This document shows positions 1 to 10,990 of a stretch of DNA of 64,000 bases, piece after piece. The translations under genes were made by a program, and so were the position numbers. This DNA is from a bacterium (GTDB lineage: Bacteria; UBA8248). The stretch lies in assembly GCA_965203325.1 (NCBI GenBank), contig OZ241875.1, forward strand, positions 544,001 through 608,000, in the 5' to 3' direction. The notes below the pieces were generated by a model that searched no databases, was not told the DNA's origin, and saw nothing but the letters and a program-made list of their open reading frames with translations. How positions within the stretch are numbered: position 1 is the stretch's first letter; every line of letters begins with the position of its first letter.

Positions 1-128
1 CACCGCATCAGCCTTCGCACAAACCGCTCGGCTTCTGCGACTCCCCCTCAAGGGGGGAGTTGATTTGATATTCTCGTTGGTGAAAAGCGATCTTCGCAGG
101 GGCCGCATACCGGCTTTTTCAACACCCC
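1..128. repeat. Right part of MITE/REP-like palindromic element (left end outside window)
   Basis: CTTTTTCAACACCCC at 114-128 matches the right terminal repeat of the elements at 25842, 28800 and 31405; also has the ACTCCCCCTCAAGGGGGGAGT hairpin (40-60) similar to 31588-31604. Confidence 0.6.
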
Positions 129-197
129 CGGCAAGGGGGTTGGGGGGTTGGCCGGTCAAATATATAATCCCCTGAAAAACCGCATGGAGGATCGAAC

Positions 198-1310
198 ATG
201 AGCACGACATCGCAAGCCGCGAAAACACCCCTGCCGGTCTCGGAATCCAGCATCGGCATGGTGGACGCGGACATCCACCACGTACCCGCGTCCCTGGACG
301 CTCTCAAGCCCTATCTGCCGGTCGTCTGGCGAAACTACGTGGAAGAGACCGATTATACGAAACTGCCGAACGCCCCCTACCCCAAGACGGCGGGCGGCGG
401 CGTCCGCAAGGACGCCATCCCGCCGGACGGCCCGGCGGGTTCGAGCCTCTCGATGCTGCAGGAGCAGGTGCTGGACGCCTACGGGGTGAGCTACGGGGTG
501 CTGAACGGGGCGTACTACAACGTCTCCTTCATGGGAATCCCCGAGTTCGGCGCGGCCCTGGCGAGCGCGCACAACGACTGGACGATCGAGCACTGGCTCG
601 AAAAAGACGAGCGCCTGCGCGGCGCCATCACCGTATCGCACCAGGACCCGCAGCACGCCGTGGACGAGATAAAGCGCGTCGGCGGGCGCGACGACATGGC
701 GCAGGTGCTCTTCCCGGCGGGTTCGCACGCCCCCTACGGCCAGAGGCGCTACCACCCCATCTACGCGGCGGCGGAGGAGCGCGGACTGCCTATCGGCATC
801 CATTTCGGGGGCACGGGTGCCGGCAACGCGCCGCCGCCCACGGCTTCGGGCTGGCCCACCTACTACATCGAGTGGCACACGGCGATGAGCCAGGCCTTCA
901 TGACGCACGTCGTGAGCTTCATCTGCGAGGGCGTGTTCGAGTTTTTCCCCAAGCTCAAGGTCGTGCTGATCGAGGGGGGCCTTTCATGGATTCCGGGGCT
1001 GCTGTGGCGTCTGGACAAGAACTACCGGGGCATGCGCGCCGAAGTGCCCTGGCTCAAGAAGCTGCCGAGCGAGTATTTTTACGAACACTTCCGGGTGACG
1101 AGCCAGCCCATCGAGGAGCCGGAGGAGGACGAGCACCTCGTCCAGATATTCGAGATGGTCCACGCCGAGAAGATACTCCTCTTCGCCACCGACTACCCCC
1201 ACTGGGACTTCGACTCCCCCGTCCACGCCCTGCCGCGCCAGGTGGACGCAGACCTCCGCGCGCGCATCATGCGCGACAACGCGGTGGAGTTGTACGGGTT
1301 GGGGGGTTGA
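198..1310 (+). CDS. Amidohydrolase family protein (Amidohydro_2-like)
   Basis: DADIHH metal-binding start, PIGIH, VLIEGG and [11 protein letters not shown] motifs; GGAGGA RBS upstream. Confidence 0.9.
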   Translation: MSTTSQAAKTPLPVSESSIGMVDADIHHVPASLDALKPYLPVVWRNYVEETDYTKLPNAPYPKTAGGGVRKDAIPPDGPAGSSLSMLQEQVLDAYGVSYGVLNGAYYNVSFMGIPEFGAALASAHNDWTIEHWLEKDERLRGAITVSHQDPQHAVDEIKRVGGRDDMAQVLFPAGSHAPYGQRRYHPIYAAAEERGLPIGIHFGGTGAGNAPPPTASGWPTYYIEWHTAMSQAFMTHVVSFICEGVFEFFPKLKVVLIEGGLSWIPGLLWRLDKNYRGMRAEVPWLKKLPSEYFYEHFRVTSQPIEEPEEDEHLVQIFEMVHAEKILLFATDYPHWDFDSPVHALPRQVDADLRARIMRDNAVELYGLGG

Positions 1311-1451
1311 GGGATTTTGACGGGGGTTTGGTGGATCGATTATATTGCAACACGTTGCGAACAGTAACGAGAGTTAATCTTCACAACCTTAGAAACCGCA
1401 TTGTCCTAACAAATCACATTTTAGGAAACGCCAGTTCTGCGAGAGGATTCT

Positions 1452-3251
1452 ATGCCAAATCAACGTTATTCAGTAAATCAGCATCCCGTCAATTACCTGC
1501 TGGCTCAGATCGATGCTGGCCAGATCGCCATTCCAGACATCCAACGTCCTTTTGTCTGGAACGCGGCGAAGGTGCGTGATTTCATAGATTCGCTCTATCA
1601 CGGCTATCCGGTAGGATATCTCATCGCCTGGCAGAACCCGGGCGTCCGCTTGAAGGACGGCTCTCAATCAAACGGCAAGCACATCCTCATAGACGGCCAG
1701 CAGCGCGTTACGGCGCTTATCGCAGCCCTGCTGGGGCGGCAAGTCGTTGACAAAAACTACAAGACCAGACGCATCGCCATAGCTTTTCACCCGATTGAGG
1801 AGAGGTTTGAGGTGTCCAACCCCGCGATTCGCAAGGATCGCGCATGGCTTGGCGACATCGCTGAAGTTTTCGCTCCCGATACTAAAATTTTAGGATTTTT
1901 GGACAAATACTGTGCAGCGAACGCGAACATAGACAAAGACGATATTTACGATCACCTGGAACGTCTTCGAGGCATCAAGAACAACCCTCTTGGCCTTATC
2001 GATTTGAACGCCGACCTAGACGTGGAAACCGTCGCGGAGATTTTCGTCCGCATCAATTCCAAAGGGGTTACATTGAATGCGGCGGACTTCGCCATGTCCA
2101 AGATGGCGGCCAGCGAGCAATACAACGGACACCAACTCCGTAAGTGCATCGACTATTTCTGTCATTTAGCGATTGCGCCGGAAGCGTATTCCGACCTAGC
2201 ACAAGACAAGGACTTCGTCCATACGAACTATTTCCACAAGATGGAATGGCTGAAGCATGAGAAAGAAGACCTCTATGACCCTTCCTACACCGACATGCTT
2301 CGCGTGGCTTTCACCTCGGAATTCAAACGCGGGCGTTTAGACGATTTGGTCGCCCTGCTCTCGGGGCGCAACTTCGAGACGCGCACGTATGAGGAAGCCA
2401 TTGCGGAGGATTCCTTTCAAAAGCTCGAAGGAGCGATCCTGCGCTTTATGAGCGAGACGGATTTCAAGCGCTTCATCATGATCTTGCGCTCGGCTGGATT
2501 CGTGAATGCTTCGATGATCCGCTCACAGAACACCGTCAACTTCGCTTATATCCTGTATTTGACGTTGCGCGCCCAGAAGGTAAATCCTGCCGAGATTGAA
2601 ACGCTGGTGCGGCGATGGTTCGTGATGTCCATACTGACGGGCAGGTATACTGCCTCGCCCGAAACCGCCTTTAGCGTCGATATACGCAATCTCAATGAAC
2701 AGGGCGCGCGCTCCTATCTCGACCAAGTGGAGCAAGCGGAGCTTTCGGACGCCTTCTGGGATGTCGGCCTGCCGCAGCAGATGGACACGCCAGTCGCCAG
2801 CAGCCCTTATTTCAACGTCTTTCTCGCCAGCCAGGTAAAAGCGAACGACAAGGGCTTTCTCTCAAGCGATATTACCGTGCAAAACCTCCTTGAGGGTCTG
2901 TGGCACGTTCACCACGTCTTTCCGAGCAGTTATCTGAAAGACGAACAGAAACTTCCACCCGGTCGTTACAATCAGATCGCCAATTACGTCGTCATGCAAA
3001 GCGAGATCAACATCACCATCGGGAAAAAACCGCCGGCGGAATACTTCAAGGTGCTGAGGGAACAATGCGAGAACAAAACGCCCAAATATGGCGGCATCAC
3101 AGATGCCGATAAAATGCGCACCAATCTTGCGGCGCATTGCATCCCCGAAGGAATGGATGAGGCGAGAAGCATCGAGGATTATAATGAGTTCCTGCAAAAG
3201 CGCAGAAGCCTTATGTCGGCCAAAATACGAGACTACTACCAGAAATTGTAA
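1452..3251 (+). CDS. DUF262 (ParB-like) / GmrSD-type restriction endonuclease domain protein
   Basis: [16 protein letters not shown] and IFVRINSKG motifs of DUF262; C-terminal HHVFP...NQIAN HNH-like motif. Confidence 0.85.
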   Translation: MPNQRYSVNQHPVNYLLAQIDAGQIAIPDIQRPFVWNAAKVRDFIDSLYHGYPVGYLIAWQNPGVRLKDGSQSNGKHILIDGQQRVTALIAALLGRQVVDKNYKTRRIAIAFHPIEERFEVSNPAIRKDRAWLGDIAEVFAPDTKILGFLDKYCAANANIDKDDIYDHLERLRGIKNNPLGLIDLNADLDVETVAEIFVRINSKGVTLNAADFAMSKMAASEQYNGHQLRKCIDYFCHLAIAPEAYSDLAQDKDFVHTNYFHKMEWLKHEKEDLYDPSYTDMLRVAFTSEFKRGRLDDLVALLSGRNFETRTYEEAIAEDSFQKLEGAILRFMSETDFKRFIMILRSAGFVNASMIRSQNTVNFAYILYLTLRAQKVNPAEIETLVRRWFVMSILTGRYTASPETAFSVDIRNLNEQGARSYLDQVEQAELSDAFWDVGLPQQMDTPVASSPYFNVFLASQVKANDKGFLSSDITVQNLLEGLWHVHHVFPSSYLKDEQKLPPGRYNQIANYVVMQSEINITIGKKPPAEYFKVLREQCENKTPKYGGITDADKMRTNLAAHCIPEGMDEARSIEDYNEFLQKRRSLMSAKIRDYYQKL

Positions 3252-3482
3252 CTAGACATCTGAACTGAGTGCTCCCTCAATCGAAGATTCAAAGGACTCT
3301 CATCCTCGGCTCTTCCGCCCACCCTGCTCGGCGAATCGGACGCTGAGCGAGAAGGCGATATCGCTCTATCGGTTTGAGGGTTTGCGGGATTTTGACGGGG
3401 CGGTATGCGTAGCGCATAATTCCGGGCGGATCGTGCAAAGAGGCTACCGTCTCCGATACACCTTGTTCGCCTTGGAGAAAGC

Positions 3483-4883
3483 GTGATGATCAAGCACGTC
3501 AACCTCAAGAACTTCAAGGCGTGGCGCGAACTCGACATAGAGTTCGGCCGGAGGATTACCGGTCTGTTCGGAACCAACAGTTCGGGCAAGAGCAGCCTGA
3601 TCCAGTTTCTCCTCATGCTGAAAGAGACGAAGAACAACCCGGATCGGAACCTCGTTCTCGATTTCGGAAAATCCGGCGGGGTGATCAACCTGGGCGGCTT
3701 CGGTGACGTCGTTCACCGAAACGACAAAAACCTGAAGCTGGAATGGGAGTTGTCCTGGGATGGGTTGGAAGAGCCTTGGAGTGCATTCGACACCCACACG
3801 GGCGAAGATGCGATTCGGTTCGATTATAAAGAACTCGTCATAAAAGCAGTGGTGGAGATGACGAATCCAGAGGAATCCAAATCTCTGAAGACGCAGTCCA
3901 TGCGTTACACTATTTTAGACAAAGGTGTAGCAGAAGGAGAAGAAACAACTTTCGTTATCGAGCCGATATCTAATAAAAAAGGAGGCTTTCGTTTTATCGA
4001 ATTAGGAGCGGTGTCACCGAAACAAACAGGATTAATTGACACCGGCCCCATTAAAACTCACCTTTTTCCCTTTCGAGTGTTCTTTCATACCTCACCTGAA
4101 AAGCACGACTTGCTAAAACGTCTGGAGGCCGATTATGAAAGACTGATGGACAGGGTTTTCTATCTCGGTCCGCTCCGGGATTATCCGCACCGACAATACA
4201 ACTGGAGCGGAGGCAGCCCTTCAGACGTGGGGACACGAGGCGAATTAACGATCAACGCCATCCTCGCCTCTTCGGAGAGGGACAACGCCCTTCAACTGAA
4301 GAAAGGGAGCAGAAAACGCTCCTTTCAGGAAATGGTCGCCATGCGGCTCAAGGAAATGGGCCTCATCCATTCCTTTTCGGTGGCCGAGGTCGCTAAGGGC
4401 TCCAACATATATCAGGCAAAAGTCTCAGTGGACCAAGGCAGCCCAGAAGTGCTTTTAACGGAGGTGGGCTTCGGCGTATCCCAGGTTCTTCCGGCCATCG
4501 TTCTGCTGAACCACGTCCCGGAAGGCTCTACCGTCATTTTGGAGCAACCGGAAATCCACCTGCATCCCGAAGTCCAGAGCGGTTTGGTGGACGCCATTGT
4601 CGGAATCGCCGAAACGCGGAATTTACAGGTGATCATCGAAAGCCACAGCGAGCACCTGCTGCGCCGGCTCCAACGGCGCGTGGCGGAAGAAGCCATCTCG
4701 GCGGACTTGGTGAAGCTCTACTTCGTATCGCAGGAAAGCGGTGAGGCCCATCTGACGGACATCGGCCTGAACGAATATGGAGAGATAAAGAACTGGCCCG
4801 AGCATTTCTTCGGCGATGAGATGGAGGAAATCGCCGAGACCAGAAAAGCCGCTATCAAACGCAAGATGAAAGCCGAGGAATGA
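3483..4883 (+). CDS. ABC-like AAA ATPase with C-terminal DUF3696-type domain
   Basis: Walker A GTNSSGKSS, signature-like VGFGVSQVLP, Walker B ILEQPEIHLHP, H-loop ESHSEH, C-terminal NWPEHFF. Confidence 0.85.
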   Translation: MMIKHVNLKNFKAWRELDIEFGRRITGLFGTNSSGKSSLIQFLLMLKETKNNPDRNLVLDFGKSGGVINLGGFGDVVHRNDKNLKLEWELSWDGLEEPWSAFDTHTGEDAIRFDYKELVIKAVVEMTNPEESKSLKTQSMRYTILDKGVAEGEETTFVIEPISNKKGGFRFIELGAVSPKQTGLIDTGPIKTHLFPFRVFFHTSPEKHDLLKRLEADYERLMDRVFYLGPLRDYPHRQYNWSGGSPSDVGTRGELTINAILASSERDNALQLKKGSRKRSFQEMVAMRLKEMGLIHSFSVAEVAKGSNIYQAKVSVDQGSPEVLLTEVGFGVSQVLPAIVLLNHVPEGSTVILEQPEIHLHPEVQSGLVDAIVGIAETRNLQVIIESHSEHLLRRLQRRVAEEAISADLVKLYFVSQESGEAHLTDIGLNEYGEIKNWPEHFFGDEMEEIAETRKAAIKRKMKAEE

Positions 4884-5368
4884 GGGACAGGATTGTCGTT
4901 GATACGAACGTCTTGATAGCGGCGAATGGGAAGAGTCAACAGGCCGATTCCGAGTGCGTACTCGCGTGCATCGAGGCGTTGTTGACAGCGACCAAAGGGA
5001 AACAGAGCATCCTGCTCGACGCATCCGACCTCATAATGGGTGAATACCGTAGACGGTGTAGCTATAGCGGAGCGCCCGGTGTTGGGGATATGTTCTTCAA
5101 ATTCCTTCATGACCATCAATGGTCGGAAACCAGTATCATCCGAATACAGATTCAAGAAACTTCGGATGCGGACGGCGGATTCGCCAACCTTCCCCCGAAT
5201 AATTTTGACCGGAATGACCGGAAATTCCTGGCCGTAGCAGAGGCGGGAGACGGGCAAGTCGTGAACGCAACAGACAAGCACTGGCCGGAACACGCCGACT
5301 TCATCGCTTCCCTTGGCGTCCGCGTCTGTGAACTGTGTCCGCAGTGCCTGAAGCAAGCAGATAGTTAG
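4880..5368 (+). CDS. PIN-domain protein
   Basis: IVVDTNVLIAAN start, DRNDRKFLAVA and NATD acidic motifs; ATGA overlap with the ATPase stop. Confidence 0.75.
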   Translation: MRDRIVVDTNVLIAANGKSQQADSECVLACIEALLTATKGKQSILLDASDLIMGEYRRRCSYSGAPGVGDMFFKFLHDHQWSETSIIRIQIQETSDADGGFANLPPNNFDRNDRKFLAVAEAGDGQVVNATDKHWPEHADFIASLGVRVCELCPQCLKQADS

Positions 5369-5631
5369 TCAACAATCCCTACTTCCTTACTCAGCAACCA
5401 CTCTCCCCTCTCGGGATTGACCACGCAATTCCCCGCATTTGCGCGTACCGCGCATCGGGTGGTTTTCGCTATCCTCCCTCGCCAGGATTCGCCGCAGAGA
5501 CCGGCCCGATGATCCTGGACGGAGGGCGCACCAGAGCCGAATGAGGAAGATGGGCGATGATTCGAAGCGCGGATGACAGCCTGACGACGAGCAATGATTT
5601 CCCTACGATGCCCCGCCTCGAAACCCCTCAC

Positions 5632-5687
5632 GAATTACTGAAAAATTCGATAAAATTAGATAAATTCACGGGGTTTTTCGATAAATT
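5632..5687 (+). repeat. AT-rich 56-bp repeat, copy 1 (inverted relative to 10935-10990)
   Basis: 53/56 identical to the reverse complement of 10935-10990; contains three GATAAA units. Confidence 0.9.
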
Positions 5688-5772
5688 AAGAGGGTATTTC
5701 TGAAAATCAACAAGACCGATATCATACATGAACTTTACGTCGTAACTTATTGATATTATAAAGATATATTAT

Positions 5773-6651
5773 TTATTTTCTGGATTCGGAATTCACGAAA
5801 TATATCCCCGCCGATATCAGGACCGCCCCGCCGAGCATGAACTGCGTCAAAGGCTCCGAGAGCAGCAAGGCGCCCGTCAGGACCCCGAACACGGGCGTGA
5901 GGAACATGAACACGCCCACGCGGCTCGCCGGGTAGTCCGTCAGCAGCCACAGCCAGGGGATCATGGCGAGGCCCGTGCCGATGAGGCCACTGTAGCCCAC
6001 GCCTGTGAGCACGTTGGTATCCGTCAAGTCGGGCCAGGGTTCGCCCAGAAACGAGGCGACGATGAAGAACGGGAGCACGGCCAGAAGCTGCGTCCAGGCG
6101 GTGATCCTGAAGGCGTCGAAGCTTCTGAGCTTCAGTTTCAGGAAGATCGACTGCACCGCCCATATGACGGCCGCCAGGACGACGATCGAGTCCCCGTACC
6201 AGGTGGAGCCGCCCGCCGAGGAGAGCTTGTCGCCGAAGAGGAACACCATGCCCAGGCTCGCGGCGATGAAGCCCGAAATCGCGCGGACGCCCACCCGCTC
6301 ATGGGGCAGAATCCACGCCGCGAGCGCCGTCAGGAGCAGGGGCTGGGAGTAGAGGAACAACGAGGCGCGCCCCGCCGTGGTGTGGTCCACGCCGTGGTAA
6401 TAGGTGATGAACATCAGGTTGTGCAGGCAGGCGTTGATCCAGAAATCGCGGCTCTCCCCCCGCCAGGACGGGCGCGGCGGCAGGACCGGCATTTTTCGCG
6501 CGAACATGATCAGGAAAACGCTCGCCGAGGAGATGATGCCCCGCAGCCAGAGGAAGGTGAAGGGCTCCACGCCCCGCAGGCCTATCTTGGCCGCCGGAAA
6601 ACTCAGGCCCCACAGGAAGGTGACGGTGAATATCAAGACGAAAAATCGCAA
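5773..6651 (-). CDS. DMT/EamA family transporter
   Basis: About 10 hydrophobic segments in two EamA-like repeats (LWGLSFPAAKIGL; LTPVFGVLTGALLLSEP). Confidence 0.85.
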   Translation of the reverse strand: MRFFVLIFTVTFLWGLSFPAAKIGLRGVEPFTFLWLRGIISSASVFLIMFARKMPVLPPRPSWRGESRDFWINACLHNLMFITYYHGVDHTTAGRASLFLYSQPLLLTALAAWILPHERVGVRAISGFIAASLGMVFLFGDKLSSAGGSTWYGDSIVVLAAVIWAVQSIFLKLKLRSFDAFRITAWTQLLAVLPFFIVASFLGEPWPDLTDTNVLTGVGYSGLIGTGLAMIPWLWLLTDYPASRVGVFMFLTPVFGVLTGALLLSEPLTQFMLGGAVLISAGIYFVNSESRK

Positions 6652-6726
6652 GTCCGGCCTGTCCTTTCAGCGAATCCGCTCTGCACCGGGAATCACGCGG
6701 CGGGTGAAATCCGGGGAAGCACGCCC

Positions 6727-7350
6727 CTAGCTATCAGATTCTCTTTTCTTGGGAAACGGCTCAAGCTCCTTCAAATCCACTTCCTGCTCGAGTTCGTCGT
6801 GGCAGGCGTCACAACGCGGCTGCGCCGTCGCCGCCACCATGAACCCTTTCGCCCTCTCCCCGCCCGTGCGGTGGCCGTTGTGGCACTGAACGCAGTCCGC
6901 TTTTAGCTCCGCGTGGTCGCTGATGGCGTGAAAGGCGTCGTCGGCCAACTCCAGGAGGCGCTCCTCGTCGTGACACTTCAGGCAGTCCTTATCGAGGATG
7001 GGGTGGAAAACGCGCGAGGGCTGCTCGTAATCGCCGATGATGAACTTGTAGAGGTCCTTGTTCGCGAGAATCGTCGTGCGGATCATCCCCGTAATCCCCT
7101 CTTCCCCGTGACAGGAGATGCACCGCACCCCGCCCGCGCTCTTGTGCCACCCGCCCAGCGTCTGGACCATGTTCTTCGCGCGCGCGCCGTCGTCGAGATA
7201 ATCCTGGTGGTCTTGTAAGTGGCAGACCGTGCAAAACGGGTCGTAGGACTCCACGGCGCGAATCCCGTACAGACTGCCGACCCCGAGCAGGGGGGACAGC
7301 AAGACGAGCAGGATCAGCCATCGCCACCAGCGTCTCCGGGCGCTTCGCAT
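6727..7350 (-). CDS. Membrane-anchored multiheme cytochrome c (NapC/NirT-like, five CxxCH)
   Basis: N-terminal TM helix; CTVCH, CISCH, CLKCH, CVQCH, CDACH. Confidence 0.85.
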   Translation of the reverse strand: MRSARRRWWRWLILLVLLSPLLGVGSLYGIRAVESYDPFCTVCHLQDHQDYLDDGARAKNMVQTLGGWHKSAGGVRCISCHGEEGITGMIRTTILANKDLYKFIIGDYEQPSRVFHPILDKDCLKCHDEERLLELADDAFHAISDHAELKADCVQCHNGHRTGGERAKGFMVAATAQPRCDACHDELEQEVDLKELEPFPKKRESDS

Positions 7351-7484
7351 TCAGAATCTCCTCGGCGCAAGCATGTCATTTTCCATTCTTTGATCCGCCA
7401 GGATGATAATCGCCACCAAATCCATCTCTTCCTCATTATAGCGCGATTTGCTAGGATGGCTCTTGAACACGGGAGGTTGATTCG

Positions 7485-7847
7485 ATGGCCAGAACGAGAT
7501 TCAGCGCAAACAGACGCCGCCCCGGGCGCAGGAGCGCCGCCGCACCGCCCGCTCCCACCGGCGAAAGCGCGAAACAAATCGCCGCGCGCCTCAAGTCCTC
7601 GGCGAGCGTGGGCAGGAATGCGCAGGACTACAGGCGCAAGTCGCTCGACATCCACGGCTGGTTCTGCGCGAAATGCGGCCGGGATTTCGATGAGAACAAC
7701 CTCCACATCCTGACGGTCCACCACCGCGACGGCAACCACAAGAACAACCCGCCCGACGGCAGCAACTGGGAGAACCTGTGCGTGGACTGCCACGAGGACG
7801 AACACTCCCGCGACATGCTGGGCCGCTACCTGAGCGATGACCGCTAG
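7485..7847 (+). CDS. yajD: YajD-family HNH nuclease
   Basis: CAKCGRDF...LTVHHRDGNHKNNPPDGSNWENLCVDCHEDEHSR is the YajD family pattern. Confidence 0.8.
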   Translation: MARTRFSANRRRPGRRSAAAPPAPTGESAKQIAARLKSSASVGRNAQDYRRKSLDIHGWFCAKCGRDFDENNLHILTVHHRDGNHKNNPPDGSNWENLCVDCHEDEHSRDMLGRYLSDDR

Positions 7848-7874
7848 AAACCGCCGCCAGACACGCCCATCGTC

Positions 7875-9164
7875 ATGATACTCTCGGTCGGGCCATCCAT
7901 CGCCAGGGGAACCACCGGCGTTCCCGGCTCGAAATCCCACTCCATCCGCGCCGTCGCGTTCGCGTCCCTCGCTTCCGGGAAAAGCACGATTCGGAACCCC
8001 CTCGATTCCTCGGACGGCCTCTCGGCGGCCCGTGTCTACGCGAGCTTCGGCGCGGAGATCCACAAAGAAAAAGACGTCTGGTCGGTGGCGGGCTTCGGCG
8101 CCCGGCCCGAAGCGCCGCACGATGTCCTCGACGTGGGGAATTCGGGAACCACCTGCCGGATGGCGCTCGGCACCGCCGCGCTTATGCGGGAGGGTCAGGC
8201 CCGCTTCGACGGCGACGCCCAGACCAGGAAACGCCCGATGGGGCCGCTGCTCGATGCGCTCTCGAATCTGGGCGCAAGGGCGCAATCGGGCAAGGACGGC
8301 TATCTCCCCGTCGCAGTGGGCGGCCCGTGGCGCGGCGGGCGGACGAAAGTCGACGGGACGACCAGCCAGTTCACGTCCTCCCTGCTCCTGAACGCGCCCT
8401 TCGGCGAGGAGACGACCACCATCGAGCCGGTCGACCTGAACGAACGCCCCTACGTGGAGATGACGCTCTGGTGGCTCGATCGCCTGGGACTGGAATACGA
8501 GCGCGACGAGTACCGCCGCTTCACCGTTCCGGGTGGACAGGCGCTCTCGGGATTCGAGGTCACCGTGCCTGCGGATTGGAGTTCCGCCGCCTTTCTCGTG
8601 GCCGCAGGCGCTTTGCCGGGCGGCGATGTGACGCTCGAGGGTCTGGACCTCGACGACTCGCAGGGCGACAAGGAGATTCTCCGCTTCGTCGAGGAAATGG
8701 GCGCGGATGTTCTCGTATCGGAGGAAGGCATTCGAATACGCGGAAAGGCGCTGCGCGGCGGGGAATTCGACCTGAACGCCACGCCCGATCTGCTGCCCGT
8801 CATGGTCGTACTCGGCGCTTTCGGGGAGGGAGAGACCCGGCTCGTCAACACGCCCCAGGCCCGCATCAAGGAGACGGACAGGATCTCCGCGGTGCGCGAA
8901 GTCATCGAAACGCTGGGCGGGGAAGCGAGAGAACTGCCGGACGGCATCGTCGTCCAGGGCGGCGGCCTCAGGGGCGGGGTGGTCCACGGGTTCGGCGATC
9001 ACCGGATCGTCATGTCCGCCGCCGTCGCCGGACTCGCGGCGCCCGGGGGCGTATCGGTCGACACGGCGGAGGCGATGGCGGTAACATTCCCTGATTTTTG
9101 CGAGCGCATGGCGTCGCTGGGCGCGGAGATGGAGACGAGGGGTTCACCCGATGCCGATCTATGA
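7875..9164 (+). CDS. aroA: 3-phosphoshikimate 1-carboxyvinyltransferase
   Basis: PGSKSH, GNSGTT, KRPM, SQF, RIKETDRI and DHRI motifs. Confidence 0.95.
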   Translation: MILSVGPSIARGTTGVPGSKSHSIRAVAFASLASGKSTIRNPLDSSDGLSAARVYASFGAEIHKEKDVWSVAGFGARPEAPHDVLDVGNSGTTCRMALGTAALMREGQARFDGDAQTRKRPMGPLLDALSNLGARAQSGKDGYLPVAVGGPWRGGRTKVDGTTSQFTSSLLLNAPFGEETTTIEPVDLNERPYVEMTLWWLDRLGLEYERDEYRRFTVPGGQALSGFEVTVPADWSSAAFLVAAGALPGGDVTLEGLDLDDSQGDKEILRFVEEMGADVLVSEEGIRIRGKALRGGEFDLNATPDLLPVMVVLGAFGEGETRLVNTPQARIKETDRISAVREVIETLGGEARELPDGIVVQGGGLRGGVVHGFGDHRIVMSAAVAGLAAPGGVSVDTAEAMAVTFPDFCERMASLGAEMETRGSPDADL

Positions 9165-9483
9165 ATACGAGTGCAGGGCGTGCGGCTTCATCTCCGGCCA
9201 TCTGGTGATGAAGCCCTCGGACAGGAGAAAGCTCGCCTGCCGCTCCTGCGGACACAGGAGACTCCGGAAAGTCATGTCGCGCTTCTCCTCGCACCAGACC
9301 GAAGCCCAGCGGCTCGATTCGTTCGACCCATCGAAGCCGCAGGACAGCTCCTTCTACAAGGACGACCGCAACATCGGGCTATGGGCCCAGAAGCGCGCCC
9401 AGCAGTTGGGTGTCGACCTGGGCGACTCTTTCGGCGAGACCCTGGAGAAGGGGCGCTCGAAAAAAATTCTCGACAACCTGTGA
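9151..9483 (+). CDS. FmdB-family zinc-ribbon protein
   Basis: MPIYEYECRACG...CRSCG pattern. Confidence 0.85.
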   Translation: MPIYEYECRACGFISGHLVMKPSDRRKLACRSCGHRRLRKVMSRFSSHQTEAQRLDSFDPSKPQDSSFYKDDRNIGLWAQKRAQQLGVDLGDSFGETLEKGRSKKILDNL

Positions 9484-9490
9484 GGCCACG

Positions 9491-10171
9491 TTGAGCACCG
9501 AACAGAAGATGAGCGAGGCGCTCCGCGCGGAAGCGGAGCCGCTCTGGGAAAAAATTCACGCGCACCCCTTCGTCCGCGGCATCGGGGACGGCACGCTGCC
9601 GCTCGCGCAGTTCCGCTTCTACATGTGCCAGGACTACGTTTTCCTGAAGGAATACGGCCGCGTCATCGCCCTGGCCGTCGTGAAGGCCCCCGAACTGGCG
9701 GAGATGGGGCGTTTCGCCGACCTCCTGAACGCCACGCTGAACACCGAGATGGAACTCCACCGGGGGTTCGCGGCGAAATTCGGCATCTCGGCGGACGAGA
9801 TAGAGGCGACTAGACCTGCGCCGACGTGCAAAGGCTACACCGATTTCCTGCTCGAGGCGGCCTATTCGGGCACATTCGGGGAGGTCGCCGCCGCCATGCT
9901 CCCCTGCCAGTGGGACTACGCGGTCATCGGCGAGATGCTCGCCGCCAAGGGGGTTCCCGAGAACGCCCCGCTCCACGCCGAGTGGATAGAGACTTACGCG
10001 TCCGAGGAGTTCGCCGCGCTCGCCCGAGGGCTGCGCGACGTGCTCGACGAAGCCGCCGCGGCGGCGGGCCCCGCCGAGCGTGCGCGCATGCGCGCGCATT
10101 TCCTGATGGGCACGCGGTATGAGTACCTCTTCTGGGACATGAGCTGGAAGATGGAGGCGTGGCCCCTCTAG
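9491..10171 (+). CDS. tenA: Thiaminase II / TenA
   Basis: HPFV..IGDGTL, YMCQDYVFL, catalytic LPC, WIETY and EYLFWDM motifs; start at TTG 9491 or ATG 9509 rather than 9410. Confidence 0.9.
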   Translation: MSTEQKMSEALRAEAEPLWEKIHAHPFVRGIGDGTLPLAQFRFYMCQDYVFLKEYGRVIALAVVKAPELAEMGRFADLLNATLNTEMELHRGFAAKFGISADEIEATRPAPTCKGYTDFLLEAAYSGTFGEVAAAMLPCQWDYAVIGEMLAAKGVPENAPLHAEWIETYASEEFAALARGLRDVLDEAAAAAGPAERARMRAHFLMGTRYEYLFWDMSWKMEAWPL

Positions 10172-10195
10172 CCCCGAGCCCCGTCTGGAGAACGC

Positions 10196-10720
10196 ATGGC
10201 CCCCCGGACGCGAAAAGACATCCCCAACCCCACCCGATGCACGTGGGCCGAGGGCGACCCCGTGATGGAGAAATACCACGACGAGGAATGGGGGTTTCCC
10301 GTCCGTACGACCCGGAAACACTTCGAGCAACTCACTCTCGAAATCTTTCAGGCGGGCCTCTCCTGGCGCACGATACTCCACAAGCGCGAGGCGTTCCGAA
10401 AGGAATTCATGGGGTTCGCACCCGAGAAAGTCGCCCGATTCACCGAGAAGGACATCGAGCGCATCCTCGGAAACCCGGGCGTCGTTCGCAACCGCAAGAA
10501 GATCGAAGCGGCGGTCGAGAACGCCAAAAGATTCCTCGCCATTCAGAAGAAACACGGCTCGTTCAACCGCTACCTCGCCTCCCTGCCGGACGATTTGGCC
10601 GCGCTGCAAAAGATTTTCCGCGCGGAATTCGTCTTCATGGGACCCAAGATCGCCGAAGCCTACCTCGAGAGCGTGGGCCGGATACCCGCGCCCCACGACC
10701 CCCGCTGCTGGCGCGCGTAA
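10196..10720 (+). CDS. tag: DNA-3-methyladenine glycosylase I
   Basis: RCTWA...YHDEEWG, LEIFQAGLSW, VRNRKKIEA and terminal HDPRC motifs. Confidence 0.9.
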   Translation: MAPRTRKDIPNPTRCTWAEGDPVMEKYHDEEWGFPVRTTRKHFEQLTLEIFQAGLSWRTILHKREAFRKEFMGFAPEKVARFTEKDIERILGNPGVVRNRKKIEAAVENAKRFLAIQKKHGSFNRYLASLPDDLAALQKIFRAEFVFMGPKIAEAYLESVGRIPAPHDPRCWRA

Positions 10721-10934
10721 CCCCGCTGGATTCATCGCAAATGCGGGGGTCAAAGCCGATTGATGAATGAGGCTTTGCCGACGTGATGCGGTGCGAGAGG
10801 AAATGCGGGCTGTTGCGGGGAAATGCGGTGGCGCCTGAAAAACTTTTTTTACCGCCGGATCTGAGTGTCCGGCGCTAAGATTTATACGGCAACCCTTTTG
10901 ATTACAATTATTTATCTGGACGTTATTTTTCAGC

Positions 10935-10990
10935 AATTTATCGAAAAACCCCGTGAATTTATCGTATTTTATCGAATTGTTCAGTAATTC
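10935..10990 (-). repeat. AT-rich 56-bp repeat, copy 2
   Basis: Reverse complement of 5632-5687 with 3 mismatches; a further shared block at 11102-11129 vs 5423-5450. Confidence 0.9.
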
